Assembly: GCA_016935555.1 (NCBI GenBank)
Contig: JAFGQR010000011.1
Coordinates: 21,011-85,010, forward strand
Reading direction: 5' to 3'
Origin: Verrucomicrobiota bacterium
GTDB lineage: Bacteria > Verrucomicrobiota > Verrucomicrobiia > Limisphaerales > JAFGQR01
DNA: 64,000 bases
Both the position numbers and the translations under genes were made by a program. Below, one piece after another: positions 23,460 to 32,596 of the stretch; the first letter of the stretch is position 1, and each line of letters starts with the position of its first letter. The notes below the pieces were generated by a model, which saw only the letters and a program-made list of their open reading frames with translations, searched no databases and was not told where the DNA came from.

Positions 23460-26400
23460 TCAGGGCGTCGTCCGGGGGGGAACGACCGCGTCGTCGTCCG
23501 TCACACCTTTGAGGCCTGCGCGCGCGTGCATCAGCCGGAACACGACCGGCACGAAGAACAGGGTTGCGAACGTGGCGAGCGTCAGACCGCCGATGACGGC
23601 CCGGCCCAGCGGGGCGTTTTGCTCTCCGCCCTCGCCCAGGCCCAGGGCCAGGGGCAACATGCCGATGATCATCGCCAGCGCCGTCATCAGGACGGGCCGG
23701 AGCCGGCCCGTGCCGGCGTCCCAGGCGGCCTTCAGGGGGTCGGCGCCCTGGCGCAGGTGGTTGCGGGCGAAGGTGACGACGAGCACGGAATTGGCGGTGG
23801 CGACGCCCAGGCTCATGATGGCGCCCATCAAGGCGGGCACGCTCAAGGTGGTGAACGTCATATAAAGCCCCCACACCACGCCCGCCAGCGCGCCGGGCAG
23901 GGCCATGATGATGATGAAGGGATCGAGCCAGCTCTGGTAGTTGACGACCAGCAGCAGATAAACCAGGGCCATCGCCATCACCAGGCCGATGCCCAGGCCC
24001 AGAAAGCTCGAGTCCATCGTCTGCGCCTGGCCGCGCAACATGATGAAACTGCCGCGCGGCAGCGCCTTTTCCGCCTCCGCGACCAGCGGCCGGATGGCGC
24101 GCAGCACGGCGCCGAGGTCGCGTCCGCTGACGCTTCCGTAGACGTCAATGACGGGCTGCACGTTGTAATGCGAGCAGATGGGCGCGCTGTTGGTGCGCTG
24201 CAGGGAGGCCACATTGGCGAGCACCTGGCTGTCGTGCTCGCCCGGCCGGCTGGCGCTCACGGGGATCGAGTTCAGCGCCCCCAACGACGCCATCGCGTGC
24301 TCCGGCACCCGCACGTTGACGCGATACTGCACGCCCGCGCGCGGGTTGATCCAGAAGTTCGGCTGCACCTGGGCGCTGCCGCTGAGGCTGACCATGACCG
24401 CGGTGGCCACGTCGCGTTCCGAGAGCCCCACCTGGGAGGCCTTGGTGCGGTCGACGGTGTAGTGCAATTCGGGCTGGTCGGCGGGCTGCTGGATGCGCAC
24501 ATCGACCGCGCCCGGGATGCGGCGGATTTTCTCGGCGAGGCTCACGGCCACGGCGCGGTTGCGCGGGCGGTCGCGGCCGACGATCTGGATGTCAAAGGGG
24601 GAGGGCACGCCAAAGTTGATTGTTTGGTTGACGATGTCGGCGGGCAGGAAATAGAACGCCGTCCCGGGGAACTCGCGGTTGAGGCGGAGGCGCAGGCGGC
24701 GCACATAAGCGGCGGTCGGCCGGTGGCCGTGTTGCAGCGCCACCAGGATGTCCGCGTCGCCCGTGCCGGTCGTGCCGTTGTCCAGGTAGGTGAGGGGGAT
24801 GCCGCCACTGGGGATGCCGATGTTATCGAGGATGCCTGCGAGTTCCGCGGCGGGGATTTCCTCGCAAATCGCGGCTTCCACCCGGTCCACCAGCCGCACG
24901 GTTTCCTCGATGCGCAGGCCTCCGGGGGCGCGCAGGTGCAGCCGGAACTGGCCGGCATCGACGGCGGGAAAGAAATCCCGGCCCAGTTGGGGGACGAGCA
25001 AGACCGTGCCCGCGCAGAACAGCACGACCACGGCGGCAAAGGCCCTGGGACGATGCAAGACCGCCCCGAGCCAGCGGCGGTAGCCGTCGCGAGCACGGGC
25101 GAAGCCGCGCTCGAACGCGTCCTGAAGCGCCACGAAGGGGCGCAGCCAGGCCGGGGCCGGGCCGGCCCCGGCCAGGTGCCCGCGGTACTCGACGTGCCGG
25201 TAAAACCACATGACCAGCGTAGGCACCAGGGTGCGCGACAGGGCGTAGCTGGCCAGGATCGCGAACACGACCGCCTCGGCCAGCGGCAGAAACAAATAGC
25301 GCGCCACGCCGGTGAGAAAGAACATGGGCACGAACACAATGCAGATGCACAGGGTCGAAACAAACGCCGGCAGGGCGATTTCCTGCGCGCCGTCCAAGAT
25401 CGCCTGCACGGTGGGCTTGCCCATCGCCATGTGCCGATGGACGTTTTCGATTTCGACGGTGGCGTCATCCACGAGGATGCCCACGGACAGCGCCAGCCCG
25501 CCCAAGGTCATCAGGTTGATCGTCTCTCCCAGCGCGCTCAGCGCGGCCATGGAGGCCAGCACGGAGAGGGGGATGGACATGGCGATGACAAACGTGCCCC
25601 GCCACGTCCCGAGGAACAGCAGGATCATCAAGGCCGTCAGCGAGGCCGCAATCACGCCTTCCTTCACCACGCCGTCCACCGCCGCCCGGACGAACAGCGA
25701 TTGGTCCGCAAACTCCTTGATGTCCAGTTCGGGCGGCAGACCCGCCGCGATGCCTTTCATGGCCTGCTTCACCGCAGTCACCACGCGCAGCGTCGAGGCC
25801 GACCCGCTGCGCAGAATCGTCAACAGCACGCCGGGCGTGCCATCCAGCCGCACCATGTTCTGCTGCGGCTCGTAACCGTCGTGCACATGGGCCACGTCCC
25901 GGATTCGGATGACCGCGCCTTGGACCGTTTTGATGGGCAGGTCGTTCAGCGCTGCCAGCAGTACCGGGCTGCTGTCCAGCGACACGTTGTATTCCGTCTG
26001 GCCAATCTTGGCCGTGCCGCTGGGCAACACGAAGTTCTGCGCCGTGAACGCGTTCACCACGTCCTGCGGCACCAGGTTCTTCGCCTGCAGGGCCGCCAGA
26101 TCCAGATCCACCGCCACCAACCGCTGCCTCCCGCCCGCCGGCAGCGGCACCGACGCGCCGCGCACCGTCGAAAGACCCACGCGCACCTGGTTATGGGCGG
26201 TGTCCTGCAGTTCCTGTTCGGACAGCTTGCGGCTGGCGAGGCTGTATTGAAGGATGGGGACGGAGGACGCGTTGTATTGGATGACGATGGGCGGGGTGGC
26301 CCCGGGCGGAAGCAGGCGAAGAATGGCCTGGCCGCTTGCGGTGATTTGCGCCACTCCCTGGGCCACCGAGGTCCCGGGCTGGAGATAGACTTTGATCACG

Positions 26401-26669
26401 CCGGCGCCGTGGTACGCGGTCGACTCGATATGCTCGATGTCGTTGACGGTCGTGCTGATCATCCGTTCGTGGTTGTAAATCAGCCGCTGCTCCACCTCCT
26501 GCGCGCTCAGGCCCTTGTAGAGCCACACCACGCTCACAACCGGGATGTTGATCGAGGGAAAAATGTCCGTCGGCGTCCGCAGCAGCACCCAGGGCGTCAG
26601 CAGCAGCAGAAGCAACGCCGCCACCACGAAGGTGTAGGGGCGACGCAACGCGAGACGGACAATCCACAT
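23460..26669 (-). CDS. RND family efflux permease (AcrB/HAE1-like)
   Basis: The 1069-aa protein begins MWIVRLALRRPYTFVVAALLLLLL...DIFPSINIPVV. It has the 12-TM architecture with two large loops. Confidence 0.95.
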   Translation of the reverse strand: MWIVRLALRRPYTFVVAALLLLLLTPWVLLRTPTDIFPSINIPVVSVVWLYKGLSAQEVEQRLIYNHERMISTTVNDIEHIESTAYHGAGVIKVYLQPGTSVAQGVAQITASGQAILRLLPPGATPPIVIQYNASSVPILQYSLASRKLSEQELQDTAHNQVRVGLSTVRGASVPLPAGGRQRLVAVDLDLAALQAKNLVPQDVVNAFTAQNFVLPSGTAKIGQTEYNVSLDSSPVLLAALNDLPIKTVQGAVIRIRDVAHVHDGYEPQQNMVRLDGTPGVLLTILRSGSASTLRVVTAVKQAMKGIAAGLPPELDIKEFADQSLFVRAAVDGVVKEGVIAASLTALMILLFLGTWRGTFVIAMSIPLSVLASMAALSALGETINLMTLGGLALSVGILVDDATVEIENVHRHMAMGKPTVQAILDGAQEIALPAFVSTLCICIVFVPMFFLTGVARYLFLPLAEAVVFAILASYALSRTLVPTLVMWFYRHVEYRGHLAGAGPAPAWLRPFVALQDAFERGFARARDGYRRWLGAVLHRPRAFAAVVVLFCAGTVLLVPQLGRDFFPAVDAGQFRLHLRAPGGLRIEETVRLVDRVEAAICEEIPAAELAGILDNIGIPSGGIPLTYLDNGTTGTGDADILVALQHGHRPTAAYVRRLRLRLNREFPGTAFYFLPADIVNQTINFGVPSPFDIQIVGRDRPRNRAVAVSLAEKIRRIPGAVDVRIQQPADQPELHYTVDRTKASQVGLSERDVATAVMVSLSGSAQVQPNFWINPRAGVQYRVNVRVPEHAMASLGALNSIPVSASRPGEHDSQVLANVASLQRTNSAPICSHYNVQPVIDVYGSVSGRDLGAVLRAIRPLVAEAEKALPRGSFIMLRGQAQTMDSSFLGLGIGLVMAMALVYLLLVVNYQSWLDPFIIIMALPGALAGVVWGLYMTFTTLSVPALMGAIMSLGVATANSVLVVTFARNHLRQGADPLKAAWDAGTGRLRPVLMTALAMIIGMLPLALGLGEGGEQNAPLGRAVIGGLTLATFATLFFVPVVFRLMHARAGLKGVTDDDAVVPPRTTP

Positions 26670-26914
26670 GGTTCAGTGCGGGATCACTTCGGCTTCCATC
26701 CACCCCCGGCGGCCCGCCCTTGCAGGACGGTGGCTCCCGGGCCGTGCAGTTCGACCCCCACGGTTGCAGACATCGAAAAGAGTGGCACAGCCGTTCCGGC
26801 GCGGACTCCCCCGGGAGCGGGGTGATGCTTGGCGTGAAGTCATAGAAAGCCGCCCCCATCGAGTCAAGGTTTCTGTGCGGTTCTTGTCGCACGCGCACTG
26901 CGGCGAAGTGATGT

Positions 26915-26949
26915 CCCTCTCCCCCGTTGGAAAGCAACGGGGGAGAGGG
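26915..26949. repeat. Perfect 15-bp-stem inverted repeat (CCCTCTCCCCCGTTG-gaaag-CAACGGGGGAGAGGG)
   Basis: It was read directly and lies in the divergent intergenic region between the RND operon and the metal-uptake cluster. Its function is unknown. Confidence 0.6.
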
Positions 26950-27072
26950 TGCCCGAGAGGGCGGGTGAGGGGGATCGAGTCCCCGTCCGCACAATGGTGT
27001 CGCACGCCTGCGGCTGCTTTATTGCTGCCTTATTGCTTGACGGGTGCGGAGGGGCATGGCGAAATAGGACTT

Positions 27073-27393
27073 GTGTTGAAGCTTTTGCTCCATCGCCGGG
27101 GCCGTGCCGCGGCCCGGGTTGCCGGAGTGACGGTTGCCCTTGGAGTGCTTCTGGGACTGGGCATCGCCAGCTGTTCGCCCCAAGTGCATGCCTTGATCTG
27201 CACGGAGGCCGGACACCCCGACGACTACTGCCCCGTCAAGCAGTTCCAAAGCGGGTTGATCGAAGCGCCCATGGTGTTGGCAGTCGTCCAATCCTGCCGT
27301 TTGGTGGAGCAGGTCACCCCCTGCCGGCGCCAGGAACTGCGCCTCGTTCCCCTGTTGTTCCGCCTTTCGCTGTCACGCGCCCCGCCGCTCTGA
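27073..27393 (+). CDS. Small Cys-rich putative lipoprotein (hypothetical)
   Basis: A GTG start inside track ORF 26668..27393 gives VLKLLLHRRGRAAARVAGVTVALGVLLGLGIASC. This has a positively charged n-region, a hydrophobic h-region and an IASC lipobox. The mature part is ~73 aa with 5 Cys and 2 His. No recognisable family. Confidence 0.35.
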   Translation: MLKLLLHRRGRAAARVAGVTVALGVLLGLGIASCSPQVHALICTEAGHPDDYCPVKQFQSGLIEAPMVLAVVQSCRLVEQVTPCRRQELRLVPLLFRLSLSRAPPL

Positions 27394-27527
27394 ACCGGCG
27401 TTCCTTCGATTCCCCTTCGCTGCCCCGGATACATCGCCGGGAATTCGTCGCCGGGATGGTGGGTGGTCCTCCAACGCCACGCCGGCTGCGGCGGAAGATG
27501 GCCGTGAACGGTTAAACTTTGTCGGGC

Positions 27528-29048
27528 ATGAAACACAGGTTGATGTTCAGCGTGTTGCCAGTCTTGTGGCTGGCCGCGGCTCTGCTGAGAGCCGCAGAGT
27601 CTCAGGGCACAACACCCTTGCAGCGCGAGCTGAGTGCTTTGCAGGAACAATTGAAGCAGGCCCAGGAACAGAACCGGCAGATGATGCTCCGCCTGCAGGC
27701 CTTGCAGAAACGGGTCGACGAACTGGAGCAGTCCCGGACCGGCCCCCCGCCGGCGTCCCCTCCGGCTCCTGCCCAACCGCCGGGCCGCGAGCTGTCGATG
27801 GACGACATCTTCAAGGAGGTGGGCGTCAAGCCACCCGCGCCTGCAGCCCCGGCGCCATCCACCGTGCCATCCATCGCGCCCGAGGCGGCTCAGCCCCAGA
27901 CCTCCGACCAGATCACCCAAAGCGTGGGCCAGTATGAGGGCGCCAAACTCCCGTGGTTCCGCGCCCTGAGCAATCCCTCGATTGGCGTGGTGGCCGATGT
28001 GTTGGCCGGTTTTTCCGACGAGGCCGAGGCGTATGACCGGCGGGATCGGATTGATTTGCGCGAGTTGGAGTTGGTGGCCTACGGCTCCATCGATCCCTTT
28101 GCCCAGTTGTCGGGCCTCATCTCAGGCGCCCACGACGTCAGCGTCGAAGAAGGCGCCCTGACGTTGACCGCGCTGCCCGCCGACCTGCAGCTTCGGGGCG
28201 GGAAGTTCTTTGCCAACGTCAGCCGCCTGAACAAGACGCACACCCACGACCTGCCGTTTGTCGAGCAACCGCTCACCATGCAGAACTTCCTGGGCAGCGT
28301 GGAACCCATGGACGGACATGCGTGGTGGTCGGCCGAGCCCCAGTTCAACACCATGGGGGCGGAATTGAGCTGGATGGTGCCCACGCCGTTTTACTGGCAA
28401 TGGCAACTGTCGGCCTACAACGAGTTCTCGGACCGCTCGCCGGGCAGTTTCTGGGAACAATACGTGGGCGGACCGGGCGTGGAGCGCTCCCATCGCGGGT
28501 TGCGCGATTTCACGTTCCACCTCGGCACCAAGACGTTTCTGGAATTGTCCCCCGACCACAGCCTTCGCCTTTTCGCCAACGCGCTGATCGACGCGCCCAC
28601 CAGCGATATGCGGCGCCTGACCGAGAGCGGCGGGATCACGTATCTGTGGCTCCCGTTGGACCGCGGATTGTACAAGCGTTTCGAATGGACGACGGAAGCG
28701 TTTGCCAACCAGGAGCGCTTTCTCCACCGCATCGAGGACCAGCACAGCTGGGGCCTCTACAGCTACATCAAACAACAGTGGGGACGGAAATTCGAGGGGG
28801 GCCTTCTGGGCGAGTGGTCCGCGTTTCGATTCGACGATGCGGCGGGGGCCTGGCATGCCGGCGCCTGGCTGACCTACCACTTGAGCGAACGCCACCTGTT
28901 CCGCTTCCAAATCGATCGTTTCGGCATCCAGGACTGGCTCGATTCGATCGCTCTCAGAACAGGGTTCCCGGCTGGAGACGGCGACCATTGGCTGTTCAGC
29001 ATCCAGTGGAGCGCCGTGCTGGGGAGCCACGAACACACCTATGAATAG
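27528..29048 (+). CDS. Putative outer-membrane beta-barrel (porin-like) protein with N-terminal coiled coil and Pro-rich linker
   Basis: It has a signal peptide (MKHRLMFSVLPVLWLAAALLRAAES) and a coiled coil (LQRELSALQEQLKQAQEQNRQMMLRLQALQKRVDELEQ). A PAPA-rich linker follows, then aromatic-rich alternating strands. The protein sequence ends ...WSAVLGSHEHTYE. Confidence 0.55.
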   Translation: MKHRLMFSVLPVLWLAAALLRAAESQGTTPLQRELSALQEQLKQAQEQNRQMMLRLQALQKRVDELEQSRTGPPPASPPAPAQPPGRELSMDDIFKEVGVKPPAPAAPAPSTVPSIAPEAAQPQTSDQITQSVGQYEGAKLPWFRALSNPSIGVVADVLAGFSDEAEAYDRRDRIDLRELELVAYGSIDPFAQLSGLISGAHDVSVEEGALTLTALPADLQLRGGKFFANVSRLNKTHTHDLPFVEQPLTMQNFLGSVEPMDGHAWWSAEPQFNTMGAELSWMVPTPFYWQWQLSAYNEFSDRSPGSFWEQYVGGPGVERSHRGLRDFTFHLGTKTFLELSPDHSLRLFANALIDAPTSDMRRLTESGGITYLWLPLDRGLYKRFEWTTEAFANQERFLHRIEDQHSWGLYSYIKQQWGRKFEGGLLGEWSAFRFDDAAGAWHAGAWLTYHLSERHLFRFQIDRFGIQDWLDSIALRTGFPAGDGDHWLFSIQWSAVLGSHEHTYE

Positions 29049-29094
29049 TCCCCATGCCCGATCGCCCCGATCCCCCCCGTCGAAGCGTCACACA

Positions 29095-30084
29095 ATGAAA
29101 AAGCCCACCCTATTCAGAATCGGCGCGGCCACCGCCGCCTTGTCCCTGTCCGGCTTGCTTGCCGGCGCCGCCCCCATCAAAGTGGTGACCAGCACCCCGG
29201 ACCTCAAAGACATGGTCGAGAACATCTGTGGGGACGACGTGCGGGTGGAAAGCCTGATGACAGGCACGGAAAACCATCATGCCGTGCCATTGAAACCCAC
29301 GTTCCTGGTCGCGCTGGCCCGATGCGACGTGCTGGTGGTCAACGGCCTGGAATACGAACATGCCTTCCTGCCCGGCGCGCTCATGAGCGTCAATCAACAG
29401 GCCATCCAGCGCGGCGCCTCCCATTACATCGATGCCAGCCAATACATCAAACCCTGCGAGATTCCCAGCAAGATCGACCTCAGCCTGGGGGATCTCCATC
29501 CCCTGGGCGCATCCCACATCCACATCGAACCCGGCAATGGCATCCTGATGTGCAAGGCCATCTATGAGAAGATGTCCGCGTTGTATGCGGACCACGCCGC
29601 CGTGTGGAAGCCCCGCTACGAGGCGTATGTGCGAACCCTCTACGCCACCTTGCAGGAGCTGCGCGCTTATTGCCAAGGCACCGAAGGCCTCAAGGTGGTG
29701 TTTTATCACCCCGGGTGGTGTTACCTCACAGACCGCCTGGGCTGGGACCTGGTCGGTTATGTGGAAGTCCGCGCCGGCATCGAGCCCACCCCCACCCACC
29801 TCCGGCAACTCATCGAGACCATCAAGGGCCGGGGCGCCAAACTGCTCGCGATTGAGGCGTGTTATTCCACCAGGATTCCCCAGTATGTCGCCCGCGAAAC
29901 GGGCGCCAAAGTCATCAAAATCCCCCACCACGTCAACGCGCTGCCAGGCTGCAGCACCTACGTCGACTTCTGCAAGACGCTCACTCAAAGCATCGCGGAC
30001 GCCGGACGCGAGGTTTATGGGTTTCCTCCGCCGCCAGCCGCGCCTTCGGCGGAAGCGGCGTCCCAGGCAGCTCCTTCGGAGTAA
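29095..30084 (+). CDS. Metal (Zn/Mn-type) ABC transporter substrate-binding protein, ZnuA/TroA family
   Basis: The start is set at MKKPTLFRIG. Family-like motifs are present (IKVVTSTPDLKDMVENI; NHHAVPLKP; DLHPLGASHIHIEP; ATLQELR...VVFYHPGWCYL). Confidence 0.8.
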   Translation: MKKPTLFRIGAATAALSLSGLLAGAAPIKVVTSTPDLKDMVENICGDDVRVESLMTGTENHHAVPLKPTFLVALARCDVLVVNGLEYEHAFLPGALMSVNQQAIQRGASHYIDASQYIKPCEIPSKIDLSLGDLHPLGASHIHIEPGNGILMCKAIYEKMSALYADHAAVWKPRYEAYVRTLYATLQELRAYCQGTEGLKVVFYHPGWCYLTDRLGWDLVGYVEVRAGIEPTPTHLRQLIETIKGRGAKLLAIEACYSTRIPQYVARETGAKVIKIPHHVNALPGCSTYVDFCKTLTQSIADAGREVYGFPPPPAAPSAEAASQAAPSE

Positions 30085-30096
30085 CTCGCAAGGCCC

Positions 30097-30858
30097 ATGG
30101 ACACTTCCCAGGCAGCCGCGTCTCTCACCTCCGCCCCAAACGGGGAGGCACACTCTTCGGTTCTCACGATTGAGGGATTGGAACTGGGCTACGGCTCGAG
30201 CCCGGTGCTGAGCAATGTCAACCTCGTGGTGGAACGGGGCGTTTGCCTGGGGCTGCTGGGACCCAACGGCGCGGGCAAAACCACTCTGTTGCGCGGCCTG
30301 CTGGGCATCCTCAAGCCGCGCCACGGCAGGATTGCGTGGGGCAGCCCGAACGGCGCGCCCGTGCGGATCGGCTATGTGCCCCAAAAAGAGCGGCTCGATC
30401 CGTCTTATCCGCTGACGGTCAAGGAGGTGGTGCGCATGGGCGTCTACGGGGATCGCCCGTGGTCCCCGTGGCTGGCCCCGGGCCAGCGCCAACGCATCGC
30501 CGACGCCCTCGCGCGCGTCGGCGTGACCCCCCTGGCGGAACGCCTCTTCTCGGAGTGCTCCGGGGGCCAGCGCCAGCGCGTGCTGATCGCGCGGGCCCTG
30601 GCCGCTGAGCCCAACGTGTTCATCTTCGACGAACCGACGACGGGCATCGATCCGGCGTCGCAGCAGGAAGTGGTCGGGCTGCTTCAACATCTGCGCGAAA
30701 CCCAGCACATCACCATGCTGCTGGTCACCCAGCACTTCGGCCACCTGGAACAGCTTTTCGACCAGGTGGCATGGGTGCAAAACCGCCAAGTCTTGTCGGG
30801 ACCCGCCAGGGAGTTTCTGACCAGTGAGTTCATCTCGAAAGCCTTTGGCAAAGCTTGA
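30097..30858 (+). CDS. Metal ABC transporter ATP-binding protein (ZnuC-like)
   Basis: It has Walker A (GPNGAGKTTL), the signature motif (CSGGQRQRVLIARAL) and Walker B (IFIFDEP). Confidence 0.85.
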   Translation: MDTSQAAASLTSAPNGEAHSSVLTIEGLELGYGSSPVLSNVNLVVERGVCLGLLGPNGAGKTTLLRGLLGILKPRHGRIAWGSPNGAPVRIGYVPQKERLDPSYPLTVKEVVRMGVYGDRPWSPWLAPGQRQRIADALARVGVTPLAERLFSECSGGQRQRVLIARALAAEPNVFIFDEPTTGIDPASQQEVVGLLQHLRETQHITMLLVTQHFGHLEQLFDQVAWVQNRQVLSGPAREFLTSEFISKAFGKA

Positions 30859-32066
30859 ACGCCCCCCCGCCCGCCATCGTCGCCGATTGTCACCCCATGA
30901 ACCCCCTCCGCCTCGTGTCCTGCCGCCTCCTGCCCATCGTCGCCGGCTTGTGCCTCGTCGCCTCCGCCGTGGAAAGCGCGGCCGCCCCCGGTTCCGGACG
31001 CGGCCTGCACCGCCACCGGCGGGGGGAGGAGACGCTTGACGAGATACTGCGGGATGTCGAGCGCGCTCCCAGCCGTGCTCCCGAGACGGTCCCATCCCCC
31101 AAAGGCAGGCGACTGCGTTCTGCCAGGGGTGCCGGCGACAGCGCGGTTCCTCATGTGTTCCGCCTTCTGGGGCAGTTCCGGTGGGCGGTCTTGGGCAGTG
31201 TGGCGGCGGGTTTTCTGTGTTCGTTCATGGGAACGATCGTGCTGGCACGCCGGATGATGCTGCTGGGGATTGCGCTTCCCCAGGCGGCGTCGGCCGGGAT
31301 TGCGCTGGTATTGCTTCTGGCGCAATGGGCCAAACACTGGTCCCTGAAGCCCGGCGAATCTCCCTTCCTGGAGGAAACCACCGCTGTCATGCTGGCGCCT
31401 TTTGGCTCGTTGGGAACGGTGCTGGTGGTGCTGACCCTGCTGGCGTGGGCGGAGAGAAGGACGCTGTTCCATGAAGCCCAATGGGCCACCGTCTACATCA
31501 CGGGCTTGGCGCTGGTCGTCATTCTGCTCGTGCTCAATCCCTACGGCGAAGCGCACATGGCGACCATGTTGGAGGGGAACATCATCACCGTGAGCCGGGT
31601 CCAGTTCGTCATCCTGGCGGCGGTGGCCGTCGCGGTCGGCGCGTTCATGGTGCTCTTGCGCAAGGAATTCCTGCTGGTGTCGTTCGACCCGGAAATGGCG
31701 TGGAGCCTGCGCTTCAATCTTCCCGCATGGAACGCCTTTCTCTATGTGCTGCTGGGGGTGACCGTCAGCACCACGGTGATGATCACCGGGCCGATGTTTG
31801 CGTTTGGGTATTTGTTGCTGCCGCCCTTCGCCGCCCGTCCTTGGGCCAAAGGGATGAGAGCCTTCTATATCCTCGCCACCGTGCTCGGCGTGGTCTCGTC
31901 CCTGGTCGGCTGCCTGGTCAGCTTCGAACTCAATTGGCCCCTGGGCCCCTCCCAGGTGCTGACGGCAGCGGCGGTCTTGTTGCTTTCCCGGCTGTTGCTG
32001 CTGTGCCGCCACCGGGCTGCGCACACTCAGGCACTCCAGGAGCAGGCCCCGGCCGAGGCCGCCTGA
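30855..32066 (+). CDS. Metal ABC transporter permease (ABC-3/ZnuB-like) with ~110-aa N-terminal extension
   Basis: The TTG start overlaps the znuC-like stop; an alternative ATG lies at 30897. The permease core runs from FRWAVLGSVAAGFLCSFMGTIVLARRMMLLG onward. Confidence 0.8.
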   Translation: MNAPPPAIVADCHPMNPLRLVSCRLLPIVAGLCLVASAVESAAAPGSGRGLHRHRRGEETLDEILRDVERAPSRAPETVPSPKGRRLRSARGAGDSAVPHVFRLLGQFRWAVLGSVAAGFLCSFMGTIVLARRMMLLGIALPQAASAGIALVLLLAQWAKHWSLKPGESPFLEETTAVMLAPFGSLGTVLVVLTLLAWAERRTLFHEAQWATVYITGLALVVILLVLNPYGEAHMATMLEGNIITVSRVQFVILAAVAVAVGAFMVLLRKEFLLVSFDPEMAWSLRFNLPAWNAFLYVLLGVTVSTTVMITGPMFAFGYLLLPPFAARPWAKGMRAFYILATVLGVVSSLVGCLVSFELNWPLGPSQVLTAAAVLLLSRLLLLCRHRAAHTQALQEQAPAEAA

Positions 32067-32068
32067 CC

Positions 32069-32563
32069 ATGCCAGCACATCGGTTGCCCCCCCCCACGCC
32101 TTCTCGACGGCTCGCCGCCGTCACCGCCGCCGCCGCCTTGCTGTCGGTTCTCCTCGCCGGCTGTCACACGGCGCGCCACCATGCTCGAAGGCTCTTCCAC
32201 TTCAGCCCCCAGACCCAATACCTCGCCTCGTGGGCCATCACCCCGGACCAGCTCTTCCCGCAGTTGATCGCCGCCGCGCACGCCGCCTTTCCCGATGCCC
32301 GAATCCACGCGGTGCCCGGCCAATACCGACTCCGCGTGTGGCTGCGGGGGGCGCGCCATGAGGTCGCCTGCGCCACCCTCGTGTTGAGAGCATGCAAAGG
32401 CCCCGGAGGCCAATCCGCGGCCGAACTCCTGGCCTTGCCGCTCCACTCAGCCGCCGGCGCAGTCGACCTGCCCCCGCGCTTTCCCCCGCGCCAGAGGCTT
32501 CTCGCGGAACTGGAGAAACGATGCGGCCCTGCCATCCCGGCGGGCTCGTTGGTCTTGTTTTGA
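32069..32563 (+). CDS. Hypothetical lipoprotein
   Basis: The sequence MPAHRLPPPTPSRRLAAVTAAAALLSVLLAGC carries a lipobox. The gene starts 3 nt after the permease stop. No recognisable family. Confidence 0.5.
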   Translation: MPAHRLPPPTPSRRLAAVTAAAALLSVLLAGCHTARHHARRLFHFSPQTQYLASWAITPDQLFPQLIAAAHAAFPDARIHAVPGQYRLRVWLRGARHEVACATLVLRACKGPGGQSAAELLALPLHSAAGAVDLPPRFPPRQRLLAELEKRCGPAIPAGSLVLF

Positions 32564-32596
32564 CAAGCGCCCCGTGAGCCTTTAAGGAAGAAGGGC

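Noticed and set aside
20707-23874. A single 1055-aa minus-strand ORF spans the OMF gene and runs into the MFP and RND genes.
   Set aside because: Only the last 488 codons (from MSAVGHH at 22173) look like a real NodT-family protein. The upstream 560 codons are an alternative frame of the MFP and RND genes with Arg/Pro/Gly-rich composition.
27394-27527. A Zur/Fur box was expected upstream of the metal-uptake genes.
   Set aside because: No AT-rich palindrome resembling known Zur or Fur operators is visible. Regulation remains unknown.
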